Assembly: GCA_041572575.1 (NCBI GenBank)
Contig: JBFFSH010000062.1
Coordinates: forward strand, 1-15,519
Direction: 5' to 3'
From: Thermodesulfobacteriota bacterium
GTDB lineage: Bacteria > Desulfobacterota_D > UBA1144 > Nemesobacterales > N074bin48
DNA length: 15,519 bases
Of the stretch, positions 7,182 to 15,386 are shown one piece after another (positions within the stretch are counted from its first letter, which is position 1; every line of letters begins with the position of its first letter). Position numbers and translations under genes: made by a program. A model generated the notes under the pieces. That model saw only the letters and a program-made list of their open reading frames with translations, searched no databases and had not been told where the DNA came from.

Positions 7182-8201
7182 ATGAAAGCTTATCAAATTT
7201 CAAAACAAGATAAATTATATGAAATGAATCTTAATGAAATACCTGAACCTGAGATAGGACCAAACGATGTACTTATAGATATGAAAGCATGGTCACTCAA
7301 TTACAGAGACCTTAGTATGCTTAGAGGTGGATATTATAGAAATGATAAAGTAAAAACCAATCCACCACTAATTCCACTATCCGATGGCGCGGGTGAAGTT
7401 GTCTCCGTTGGCAATTCGGTCACAAGATTTAAAAAAGGTGACAGGGTTGCCGGAATATTTTTTCAGACCTGGATAAGCGGAGATTTAACTGATGAACAGA
7501 TAGGTTCTGCTCTTGGAGGTGCTATAGATGGTGTGCTTGCTGAAAAAGTCGTATTAAATGAAAATGGCGTTGTTAAAATACCGGATAATCTAAACTACCA
7601 TGAGGCTGCTACCCTTCCATGTGCAGCTGTGACAGCATGGCAGGCACTGAATTTCAACCCGGTAAAACCAGATGATACCGTTCTCATGCTTGGAACAGGG
7701 GGAGTATCAATTTTTGCATTACAATTCGTAAAAGCTGAAGGTGCAAAAGCTATAATCACATCAAGCAGTGATGAAAAGCTGGAAATGGCCAGAAAATTAG
7801 GGGCCGATCATACTATAAATTACAAAGAGCATCCGGATTGGGAAAAAGAAGTTTTAAAAATCACAGATGGACAAGGCGTAGATAATGTTATAGAAGTCGG
7901 TGGGGCAGGCACCCTCGAGAAATCAATAACTTCTGCAAAAGTTAGTGGGCGCATAAGTTTAATAGGTGTGCTGTCCGGACAACCTGAACAAAATCCTTCC
8001 CCTGTAATGATAATGCTAAAGAGACTCACACTACAGGGAATATATGTTGGAAGCAGAGATATGTTTGAATCCATGAACAAAGTAATAGAAGCAAATGATA
8101 TTAAACCTGTAATTGGAAAGACATTTGAATTTGAGAATGCCACTGAATCTTTTGATTATTTAAAAAGCGGCTCGCATTTTGGAAAGATAGTTATTTCTTA
8201 A
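7182..8201 (+). CDS. NAD(P)-dependent medium-chain dehydrogenase/reductase (quinone-oxidoreductase-like)
   Basis: SLNYRD, PLSDGAGEV, EAATLPCAAVTAW, GTGGVS and HFGKIVI motifs. Lacks the structural-Zn Cys cluster of classical ADH. AAGGAG RBS. Confidence 0.93.
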   Translation: MKAYQISKQDKLYEMNLNEIPEPEIGPNDVLIDMKAWSLNYRDLSMLRGGYYRNDKVKTNPPLIPLSDGAGEVVSVGNSVTRFKKGDRVAGIFFQTWISGDLTDEQIGSALGGAIDGVLAEKVVLNENGVVKIPDNLNYHEAATLPCAAVTAWQALNFNPVKPDDTVLMLGTGGVSIFALQFVKAEGAKAIITSSSDEKLEMARKLGADHTINYKEHPDWEKEVLKITDGQGVDNVIEVGGAGTLEKSITSAKVSGRISLIGVLSGQPEQNPSPVMIMLKRLTLQGIYVGSRDMFESMNKVIEANDIKPVIGKTFEFENATESFDYLKSGSHFGKIVIS

Positions 8202-8254
8202 TTTTTTTAACGTTATGTAATATATATATAAATAAAACAAGAAGGAGAAAGATT

Positions 8255-8932
8255 ATGAGTGAAAATTACGACGAGGTAAATAAGTACATCAGCAAATTCG
8301 AAAATCTGGTGCCGGAGTTAAACGAAACATGGGGTGGATTTCGTGACGAAGTTTTCAAAGAGGGACTTATAAGCGCAAAAGACAAACAGCTAATTGCTCT
8401 TGCCTGCGCCTACATAACCGAATCTGCACATGACATACGAGAAAGAACAATAAAATCCAAAGAACTTGGCGCTACTGATGAACAGATTGCAGAATCTGTA
8501 TACATAGCAATGAGGCTTGCAATAGGTCAGCCTTATGCATTTAGCAGTATTGCGCTTGAAAATTATGATTTAATGAAAAACAAGGAAAGTGTTGTTAAGG
8601 GTTACTTTATAAGCAAAAATATAACTCCCCAAATACAGGACTTTCATAAAGTAAGCGGCTCAATGCACGAAAAGTTCAATGCATTTCATGAAATAGTATA
8701 CGAAGACGGTCACCTTCCCAAAAAGCTAAAAAAAGGACTTATGGGTCTTGCCTGTGCAATATTGGCTAAATGCCCGTGGTGTATTAGAAGCTGCGTAAGA
8801 GACGGACTGCAGGAAGGTGTTGTCAAAGAAGAAATCGTTGAAGCAATCAATATTGCTATGGTAATGAATGCCAGCGCCTGTGTTGCTAATACCGGCGTAT
8901 CCATGCAGGCAGCTGAAGAGATTAGCAGTTAA
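8255..8932 (+). CDS. Tandem carboxymuconolactone decarboxylase / AhpD-like domain protein
   Basis: Two similar halves (EG.I/L..K.K.L..LACA...G...E.I.E). The second carries CPWC. AAGGAG RBS. Confidence 0.85.
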   Translation: MSENYDEVNKYISKFENLVPELNETWGGFRDEVFKEGLISAKDKQLIALACAYITESAHDIRERTIKSKELGATDEQIAESVYIAMRLAIGQPYAFSSIALENYDLMKNKESVVKGYFISKNITPQIQDFHKVSGSMHEKFNAFHEIVYEDGHLPKKLKKGLMGLACAILAKCPWCIRSCVRDGLQEGVVKEEIVEAINIAMVMNASACVANTGVSMQAAEEISS

Positions 8933-8934
8933 TG

Positions 8935-8964
8935 AAAAAGGCCGATTTAATTTTTAAATCGGCC
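8935..8964. terminator. Hairpin between convergent genes
   Basis: Perfect 11-bp stem GGCCGATTTAA-TTT-TTAAATCGGCC with an A-run on the left. Confidence 0.7.
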
Positions 8965-8999
8965 AATAAGTAACTCTTTCCATTATTATTACAAAACAC

Positions 9000-9027
9000 G
9001 AGTTCTAAGCGTATACAAAAATCCAGG
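9000..9027 (+). repeat. Module-boundary direct repeat, copy R6 (degenerate, right half decayed)
   Basis: GAGTTCTAAGCGTATACAAAAATCCAGG; first 19 nt match the consensus 17/19. Confidence 0.75.
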
Positions 9028-9066
9028 TTAACACAGCTAAATATTGCTGTAGCCTCGGTACTTTAT

Positions 9067-9489
9067 TTACTCTCTTCTAGCTTTTTTCTTGGTTGATTTA
9101 CTAGGCGCCGGCTTGATCTCGAATCTGTGTTTTTCTACCAGTTTTAATAGATCAAAAGAGCTTAGTATTCCTACTACCTTTTTTTCATTCGTAACAACTA
9201 CATGGTGCACATGATGATTTCGCATAAGCCTTGCAGCATGATGAATATCATTGTACAAAGGAATAGAATAAACTTTTTCGGTCATAATTTTGCTGATCGG
9301 TGTATTATCCTTGAGGCTGTCTGTAAGATCGAGGGTAGATACAATGCCTTTTAAGATTTCGTCGTCGTCAACAATCGGGATTGCATGCACTTTGTTCTTT
9401 TTCATGATATTTCTTACATGTTCAATTGAGTTATGAGGTCCGCAGTTTATTACATTCTTAATCATTAAATCGGCTACTTTGACATTCAT
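9067..9489 (-). CDS. CBS-domain pair protein
   Basis: KVADLM, IPIVDD..LKGIVS..D, ISKIMT and VVGILS..D motifs; GGAGGA RBS. Confidence 0.92.
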   Translation of the reverse strand: MNVKVADLMIKNVINCGPHNSIEHVRNIMKKNKVHAIPIVDDDEILKGIVSTLDLTDSLKDNTPISKIMTEKVYSIPLYNDIHHAARLMRNHHVHHVVVTNEKKVVGILSSFDLLKLVEKHRFEIKPAPSKSTKKKARRE

Positions 9490-9598
9490 GAGTTATCCTC
9501 CACTCTAACTATAGTCTTTTTAGTTATTACTGTATTAATAGTTTTTTATAATTATACTGAACCCACTGACTATATACTTTTAACAAAAGCTATTACTA

Positions 9599-10021
9599 TT
9601 AACCTGTAATCGCAGCTTTTTTCTCCTCGTATTCCTGTTTGTCAATCTCGCCCTTGGCGTATCTCTTGTTTAGTATTTCAAGAGCCGACTCAGAATGCTC
9701 ACCCATATACCTTTTTATTGCGTCACGGATTTCTGGTGTGTCCATCATCCTGTGACCCCACCAGCAGCTCATGCCACCTCTTTTCATGAAGAAAATAAAT
9801 AGCACGCACATCACAATGAAAAACAGTAGGGGGAAAATCCACCAATATGCGGGCCACTGCATTCCATGCCACGATGTCCATGGGTATGGATGTGTATGTG
9901 GCGGAGGCTGTTCTGCACCGAATACCGGGCAGACAAATACTAGATTGAGAAAAACGAAACTGAGAGATATCAGAGCATATTTTATTGCACTCACATATTT
10001 CTCCTTATTATTATTTGCCAC
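9599..10021 (-). CDS. SHOCT-domain membrane protein
   Basis: Hydrophobic segments and C-terminal ALEILNKRYAKGEIDKQEYEEKK; His/Met/Trp-rich linkers. GTG start uncertain. Confidence 0.85.
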   Translation of the reverse strand: MANNNKEKYVSAIKYALISLSFVFLNLVFVCPVFGAEQPPPHTHPYPWTSWHGMQWPAYWWIFPLLFFIVMCVLFIFFMKRGGMSCWWGHRMMDTPEIRDAIKRYMGEHSESALEILNKRYAKGEIDKQEYEEKKAAITG

Positions 10022-10054
10022 AATTAATATTTTCCGACCTAGACAGATATTTAC

Positions 10055-10357
10055 CTAAGGTTTTTGTTTTGCAAATAGTATAGAAGCCATTTCCATAACA
10101 AATTTATTCCTGTCTTCTTCCGACAATTTAGGAAGTATCATCTCAAGGCAGTGAGGCATCATCTTCATGATCATCTGTGGCATCTGAGGCATCTCCCCTT
10201 CTTCGCAGCAGCCAGTCTTAATTTCTTGTGCAGCTTTTTCCTTATGCTCTTCTGACATATCCCCACAGCATTTTGACATCATCTGCTCCATCATTTTTTT
10301 CATTTCTCCCTTGTCCATGTTTCCCATCATCTTTTCCATTTTTTCCATCATTTCCAT
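10055..10357 (-). CDS. Met/Cys-rich small hypothetical protein
   Basis: MEMMEKMEKMMGNM...KCC...GCC...MMPHC. ATG 10357 is preceded by a GGGGG RBS-like run. Confidence 0.75.
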   Translation of the reverse strand: MEMMEKMEKMMGNMDKGEMKKMMEQMMSKCCGDMSEEHKEKAAQEIKTGCCEEGEMPQMPQMIMKMMPHCLEMILPKLSEEDRNKFVMEMASILFAKQKP

Positions 10358-10395
10358 TTTTCTTACCCCCAAAATAAAGTTTTAATAGAATAAAT

Positions 10396-10411
10396 TGCAT
10401 ATATTATGCCA
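10396..10411 (-). promoter_or_regulatory. Sigma54 (-24/-12) promoter candidate
   Basis: Minus strand TGGCATAATATATGCA has exact GG-N10-GC spacing and lies about 40 bp upstream of ATG 10357. Confidence 0.6.
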
Positions 10412-10572
10412 TTATAAGCCACAAAATAGTTAATGTTTACAAGGTGTTATATAACTTAAATATTTAAAAAGATGCAATATGTCCTATTATATTACATTAT
10501 TGAAAAATACTAATACTTCCTTAAACAAAAAAAGTATCACCCGCATATATAAAAGCACTGAAATAAATAAAA

Positions 10573-11121
10573 CTACTGTCTATTAGCCTTTCTAATCCAC
10601 TGATAATTCACAAGAATAAAAAGGGTAATACCAATTGCTCCGCCGTAAGAAAAGTAGCTATTTGAAAAAATTGCAATGAGAATAATTGGAACTAACACCA
10701 TAACAGTTTGAAACAGTGAGAGGTAAAGAACAAATTCGTGAGTCATATTCACTTCACCTGAAATATGTCCGGGATTTCGATTTACATACGAGAAGATTAG
10801 AAGGTTGGTAATATGCCTTCCAATGATCATTGCATAGAGAACGAGAATACAGCCTATTAGCATTTTAATTAAAGCATAAGGTAAATAAAAAGATTCAAAA
10901 ATGTAACCTAGTCCAATTGTAACAAGTATCGTAACAATAATGTGTTTTATATTAAACCACTTTATTTCTTTTACATCCTGCTGCCACTGCGGATTAAGCT
11001 CATAGTGCTCAGTCTTAAAATGTTTGGAGTATCCTTGCTCAATTTTTATTGCACCCAGGATGGTTAAAAAATAATCGGCAAACATCATTATTGGCAGGAG
11101 TAATATTTCAGGGTGATTCAT
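10573..11121 (-). CDS. Hypothetical multi-pass membrane protein
   Basis: 182-aa ORF with about five hydrophobic segments and an ADYFLT...ELNP N-terminal motif; no family assigned with confidence. Confidence 0.75.
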   Translation of the reverse strand: MNHPEILLLPIMMFADYFLTILGAIKIEQGYSKHFKTEHYELNPQWQQDVKEIKWFNIKHIIVTILVTIGLGYIFESFYLPYALIKMLIGCILVLYAMIIGRHITNLLIFSYVNRNPGHISGEVNMTHEFVLYLSLFQTVMVLVPIILIAIFSNSYFSYGGAIGITLFILVNYQWIRKANRQ

Positions 11122-11174
11122 AATCGATATTATTTTAAATTAGTAATAGCTATATATATCTTTTGAGAACAGTA

Positions 11175-12659
11175 TCAATCAATTTTATCCTTTAGCTTAT
11201 TAAACCCTTTTTTTATTGGATGAAATACATTTTTCTTAACCGGATTATATACTTTTTTATAGCTATTTTTAACTCCGCCATTTTGTTTTTTCTCTTGTTC
11301 TCTAAGCTTTTTTTCTTCCTCGCGTTTCAGTCGTTGTTCTCTTTTTCTTTTTTCACGGGCTTTTGCTTCATACCTCTTTTGTTCTTCTCTTAACTTATCC
11401 TCAAGTATTCTGTTTTTTTCTTCAAGCTTTTTATTCTGCTCTGCTGATTTTCTGGTGTTTTTTTCTTTATACAATTCTTCATCAAATAAAATAAATCTTT
11501 CATCCTCTTCAAATTGTTTTTGTGTCTTTATAGGTTTTCTCTGAGATGGTTTAATATTAGTTGATGTCAGACTTTTAGGTACAGATTTAGTCTGATTTAT
11601 ATCAGTGACTGTATCTATCTCAGTGTTAGGTAACAGTTGTTCTTTAGATCCTTTATCTATGACAGAGCTGGTGTTAACAGGATTTACATTTTGTTGTTGA
11701 GGGTCTCTATTAATACCAAAAGCAATTACGGTAAATAGCAATACTGCTGCAATTCCTCCATATATTGCCCTTTTTCTTTTAGACACGACCTCGGTTAGTC
11801 GGTTTTTATTGTTTTTTAAAATTCCGGGCAGGGATATGGAGATTTGAGAGCCGCTCTGCACTTTTATAAGGTCAGAAGAAAATTCTTTAGCACTTTTGTA
11901 TCTGTCTCGGGGTGCCTTTTGAATAGCTTTAAGCACAACCTTTCCAAAATTTTTCGATACAGAATCATTTAACTCCCAGGGTGGTATGGGCTTGCCTTCC
12001 AGATGGCTTCTCATAATAGCATATTCGGTACCTTCATAAAGAGCCTTACCCGTAACCATATGAAAGAGCGTAGCACCAAATGAATATACATCTGTTGCAG
12101 CGCTTGTTTGTTCACCCAGAATCTGCTCCGGCGAAATATAGTAAAGTGATCCAACCATCCCTGTTTTTGTCTGCTGGGTTTTTTCATTAACTATTTTTGC
12201 TATACCAAAATCAGTTACTTTCACAAGCCCTGTCTTTGTTATCATGATGTTGCTTGGCTTTATGTCTCTGTGCACTACTCCGTTTGAATGCATAAAATCA
12301 AGAGCTTGCAAAACAGGAAGGGACAATGAAATTGCCTGCTCTTCAGATATCGTTCCCTCTCTTTTTAGCTTTTGATCCAGTGTTTCACCATCCACATACT
12401 CCATAACGATAAATACATCATTTTCTTCTTCGAGATAATTAAAAATATTTACAACATTTGGATGAGAAAATTTTGCATGTATCTTTGCTTCTTTAATAAA
12501 CCTTTGCCTGTTGGAAGGGTTGTCTGACATATCGGACGACAGTGCTTTAATGGCAACCTGTTGCTCTAAGGTAGTATGAATGGCTTTATAAACAATACCC
12601 ATACCACCTTTTCCTAAAACCCCTGTAATATTATAAGGCCCGATTGTTTTACCTATCAT
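11175..12659 (-). CDS. Hanks-type Ser/Thr protein kinase with TM helix and charged coiled-coil tail
   Basis: LGKGGMGIVY, VAIK, HRDIKPSN, DFG, YISPEQ and DVYSFG motifs; TM AIYGGIAAVLLFTVIAFGI; E/K/R-rich C-terminus. Confidence 0.95.
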   Translation of the reverse strand: MIGKTIGPYNITGVLGKGGMGIVYKAIHTTLEQQVAIKALSSDMSDNPSNRQRFIKEAKIHAKFSHPNVVNIFNYLEEENDVFIVMEYVDGETLDQKLKREGTISEEQAISLSLPVLQALDFMHSNGVVHRDIKPSNIMITKTGLVKVTDFGIAKIVNEKTQQTKTGMVGSLYYISPEQILGEQTSAATDVYSFGATLFHMVTGKALYEGTEYAIMRSHLEGKPIPPWELNDSVSKNFGKVVLKAIQKAPRDRYKSAKEFSSDLIKVQSGSQISISLPGILKNNKNRLTEVVSKRKRAIYGGIAAVLLFTVIAFGINRDPQQQNVNPVNTSSVIDKGSKEQLLPNTEIDTVTDINQTKSVPKSLTSTNIKPSQRKPIKTQKQFEEDERFILFDEELYKEKNTRKSAEQNKKLEEKNRILEDKLREEQKRYEAKAREKRKREQRLKREEEKKLREQEKKQNGGVKNSYKKVYNPVKKNVFHPIKKGFNKLKDKID

Positions 12660-12994
12660 TTTTCAATCTCAGTAGATGACAGATAGGACAGCAGTTGTAA
12701 TAAACAATTTTTCATCACCTATTCCCTTTTACTAACTGCTCCTCAATTTACCCCTTAGCGTTTTGTACCACCTGTATATTTTAACATTTTAAAACACAAT
12801 TCTGTAATAGAATGTAAATTAATAATATTTATTTCAATACGAATCCTAATGAACAACAAATAATCAGATCATTCAACTACAGAAATATTTCAATTATTCT
12901 TGATTTATAAATTATACCGAAACATCATATATATTTTATGAATTTGGCAAGTATAAATTCTGTGCTAGAGTTGAATTTTATAAATGGGGTAAAA

Positions 12995-15319
12995 ATGAAT
13001 ATTAAGAACGATCTGGACTTTATAACTAAAGAATCGCTAATTACATACGGACAGACTATGGCCGAAGCTTCAAGGGCAGAGGGAGCAAAGCCGCCATCAA
13101 AACCAAAAGCCTCAATAAATCGCATCAAAAAAGTACAATCTATAAAAGATGAGATAAAACAGTTTGTCGTACGTGCTCAAAAGGGGTTTGAAACAGCTGA
13201 TGATTATATAAAGCAAAGACAGCTTATTATTGAAAATTCATGCAGCGGTGATGCCCTGCTCTTTTATACAGCCTGGAACCGCATGCTTATTGAAGGTGAA
13301 TTAAACGCCCTGCTTTCAAGCCCAATAGGCTCAATTCAAAAACCAATAAGAAGACGTCCGACCTCGATTGTTCCGCGTGATCAGTTAAGCCCCGGGCTTA
13401 CAGAAGGTCGTATAGTCATAGACCTTGGAGACGACAGATACTGGCTTGTACCAAAAGAGCTTGCTGACAGATGTTTACTCTTTACATTAAGACACGGGCT
13501 TTCAAAAGTTGACAGCAGCACATACAGAGTAGGAAGAAGACTGGCGAATACCCTTGATGAAGATAAAGGAGTATTAAAGGCAGAAGCTGTAGGAAAGGCG
13601 CTTGCCAGGATGCTTGGAATAGTTGGACAGCAGCTTGAGTTTTTAGATGTCCCAAATTTTTTAGACCCCAAAAAATTCAAACACAAAACAAGCTCAAGCC
13701 CTAACACCAGACAGCTATATGATCATATAATAAAATCAATTCTGGACAAAGATACCAAAAGGAAAAAACCTCAATTTGCTGACGCTTTAGAATCTCAGGA
13801 TTTTGGCTGGGTGACAGGTGTAGAAAAGAAATTCGAGATTAGCGAAGCAGCAAGGATTTTCGGTTGTGATGAAAAAACTGCTAAGAAGCTTATTAAAAAT
13901 CCGCTGTATTGCTATCCCGGCGGGCAGAGTTTTTTTGATCTGTATGTAGAAGTTACGGGAGGCTTTAGAAAACTTGCCTTAAATAATAAAGGAAATGTGC
14001 TCTGCCTCTATACACATAGCTCCACATTGAGAGCTCTGATTATCTTTTTAGACCCCCGCCCATTTGCTGAAGCTTTCGAAGAGTTTGGAGAATATAAAGA
14101 AAAGCAGGACAATGTGGTACTGCTGGCGCTCGAGCAGGGCTATCTTACAGGTTATTCAACCGCTGTTGGACTATCCGCTGCCGAACAACAGACCCGTGAG
14201 ACATGGAAGTCTTTAGAAGAGAAAAGAAAAAGCAGAATTAAGTTAAAACCTGGCAAGATAAAAAAAATTGTTGCACTTGTATCAGGTGGAGATTTTTCAG
14301 GCGCAGGCGCAGCCCTAAAGGAGCTGAGAGTTGTAGGGAAACGATTCGGAATTGAAGTATATTTTGTAAGGCACGGGTTCCTTGGACTTGCCAATAACTG
14401 GATAGAGACCGTTTCAGAAGAGGATACAAGGGGAATGGTAAGTATGCCCAGCACCCCTATTGGAAGCAGCAGGTTTGAAGAGTTCAAGGACGAGCGGGTC
14501 CAGGACATTGCTTACAAAAATCTTCAGCCATACATTAAAAACGGTGCATTGGTAGTTATAGGCGGTGATGGAACGCTAAGGGGAGGCAGAGCCCTTTTTG
14601 AAAGACTGGGAGTACATGTTGTAGCCATACCGGGGTCGATTGATGACAATATAGAAGGCACAACTTCTCTCGGGTTTCACTCTGCAGTTGCACTTGCAAA
14701 CCAATCACTGGAATCCCTAAAGGCTACAAGTTCAGCTATGGGAAGCATATTTTTCGTAGAGATCATGGGTGCAGGCTCTGGGCATCTGGCGCTTGCATGC
14801 GGATTTCAGGCACGGGCAGAGGGAGTGCTAATAAATGAGCATCCTGACCCCGATGCATATATCGACCGTGTCATACTGGGCACACTCAAGCGCACACTCG
14901 GCGTTCCAAACAAAAGCCACCTGTTCATAGTAGCAGAAAAAACCCCTCACCGGCATCATGAGCTTGGAGGAATACACGGTCTTTCAGAATATGTATCGGA
15001 ACAAATATCTAAGTGGGATAATATTGAAAGCAAAAAGGGCTTATATAATCTCCCCGTAGCAACGAAAGCTACTATTCTGGGACATACACTGAGGGGCGCC
15101 CCGCCGTCTCATGTAGACAAGGGTTTAGGCCAGTATCTTGCCTATGAAACGGTTAAGCGTCTTGTTGAAGATCCAATGTCGATTGTGGGCTGCTGTCTTG
15201 GAACCCATGGACTAGGGCACGTTGAATCCATACCGCTTCATGCAGTAAAACCAAAGCAGTTTGACTGGCAGCTATTTACGAGAATGCACGGCATTGAATA
15301 TATATCGGATACAAATTAA
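12995..15319 (+). CDS. Histidine-phosphatase / ATP-type 6-phosphofructokinase fusion protein
   Basis: Middle domain LRHG, LESQDFG, PGGQSF, YTHSSTLRAL (His phosphatase). C-terminal SGGD, IGSSRF, IGGDGT, PGSIDDN, VEIMG, LGHTLRG (PfkA family). ATG 12995 with GGGG RBS is preferred over 12938. Confidence 0.88.
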   Translation: MNIKNDLDFITKESLITYGQTMAEASRAEGAKPPSKPKASINRIKKVQSIKDEIKQFVVRAQKGFETADDYIKQRQLIIENSCSGDALLFYTAWNRMLIEGELNALLSSPIGSIQKPIRRRPTSIVPRDQLSPGLTEGRIVIDLGDDRYWLVPKELADRCLLFTLRHGLSKVDSSTYRVGRRLANTLDEDKGVLKAEAVGKALARMLGIVGQQLEFLDVPNFLDPKKFKHKTSSSPNTRQLYDHIIKSILDKDTKRKKPQFADALESQDFGWVTGVEKKFEISEAARIFGCDEKTAKKLIKNPLYCYPGGQSFFDLYVEVTGGFRKLALNNKGNVLCLYTHSSTLRALIIFLDPRPFAEAFEEFGEYKEKQDNVVLLALEQGYLTGYSTAVGLSAAEQQTRETWKSLEEKRKSRIKLKPGKIKKIVALVSGGDFSGAGAALKELRVVGKRFGIEVYFVRHGFLGLANNWIETVSEEDTRGMVSMPSTPIGSSRFEEFKDERVQDIAYKNLQPYIKNGALVVIGGDGTLRGGRALFERLGVHVVAIPGSIDDNIEGTTSLGFHSAVALANQSLESLKATSSAMGSIFFVEIMGAGSGHLALACGFQARAEGVLINEHPDPDAYIDRVILGTLKRTLGVPNKSHLFIVAEKTPHRHHELGGIHGLSEYVSEQISKWDNIESKKGLYNLPVATKATILGHTLRGAPPSHVDKGLGQYLAYETVKRLVEDPMSIVGCCLGTHGLGHVESIPLHAVKPKQFDWQLFTRMHGIEYISDTN

Positions 15320-15348
15320 TCTGAATTAGTATTTAGTGAATATAAAAC

Positions 15349-15374
15349 GCCAGCCAACCATAGAGGCTGGCTGG
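15349..15374. terminator. GC-rich hairpin downstream of the fusion gene
   Basis: GCCAGCC-aaccataga-GGCTGGC; no clear U-tail on the + strand. Confidence 0.4.
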
Positions 15375-15386
15375 AATATAAATTAA

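Noticed and set aside
364..9027. Repeats as a CRISPR array
   Set aside because: Intervals are 0.9-2.4 kb and contain whole genes; no cas genes are present.
364..9027. Repeats as integron attC sites
   Set aside because: No RYYYAAC...GTTRRRY ends or long imperfect palindrome; the copies are conserved in primary sequence, and modules carry long upstream regions.
5984..14508. Other short tracked ORFs (5984, 6513, 6840, 7820, 8710, 9771, 12925, 13381, 14152, 14238)
   Set aside because: They overlap stronger genes on the opposite strand or span repeat R5; no family signal.
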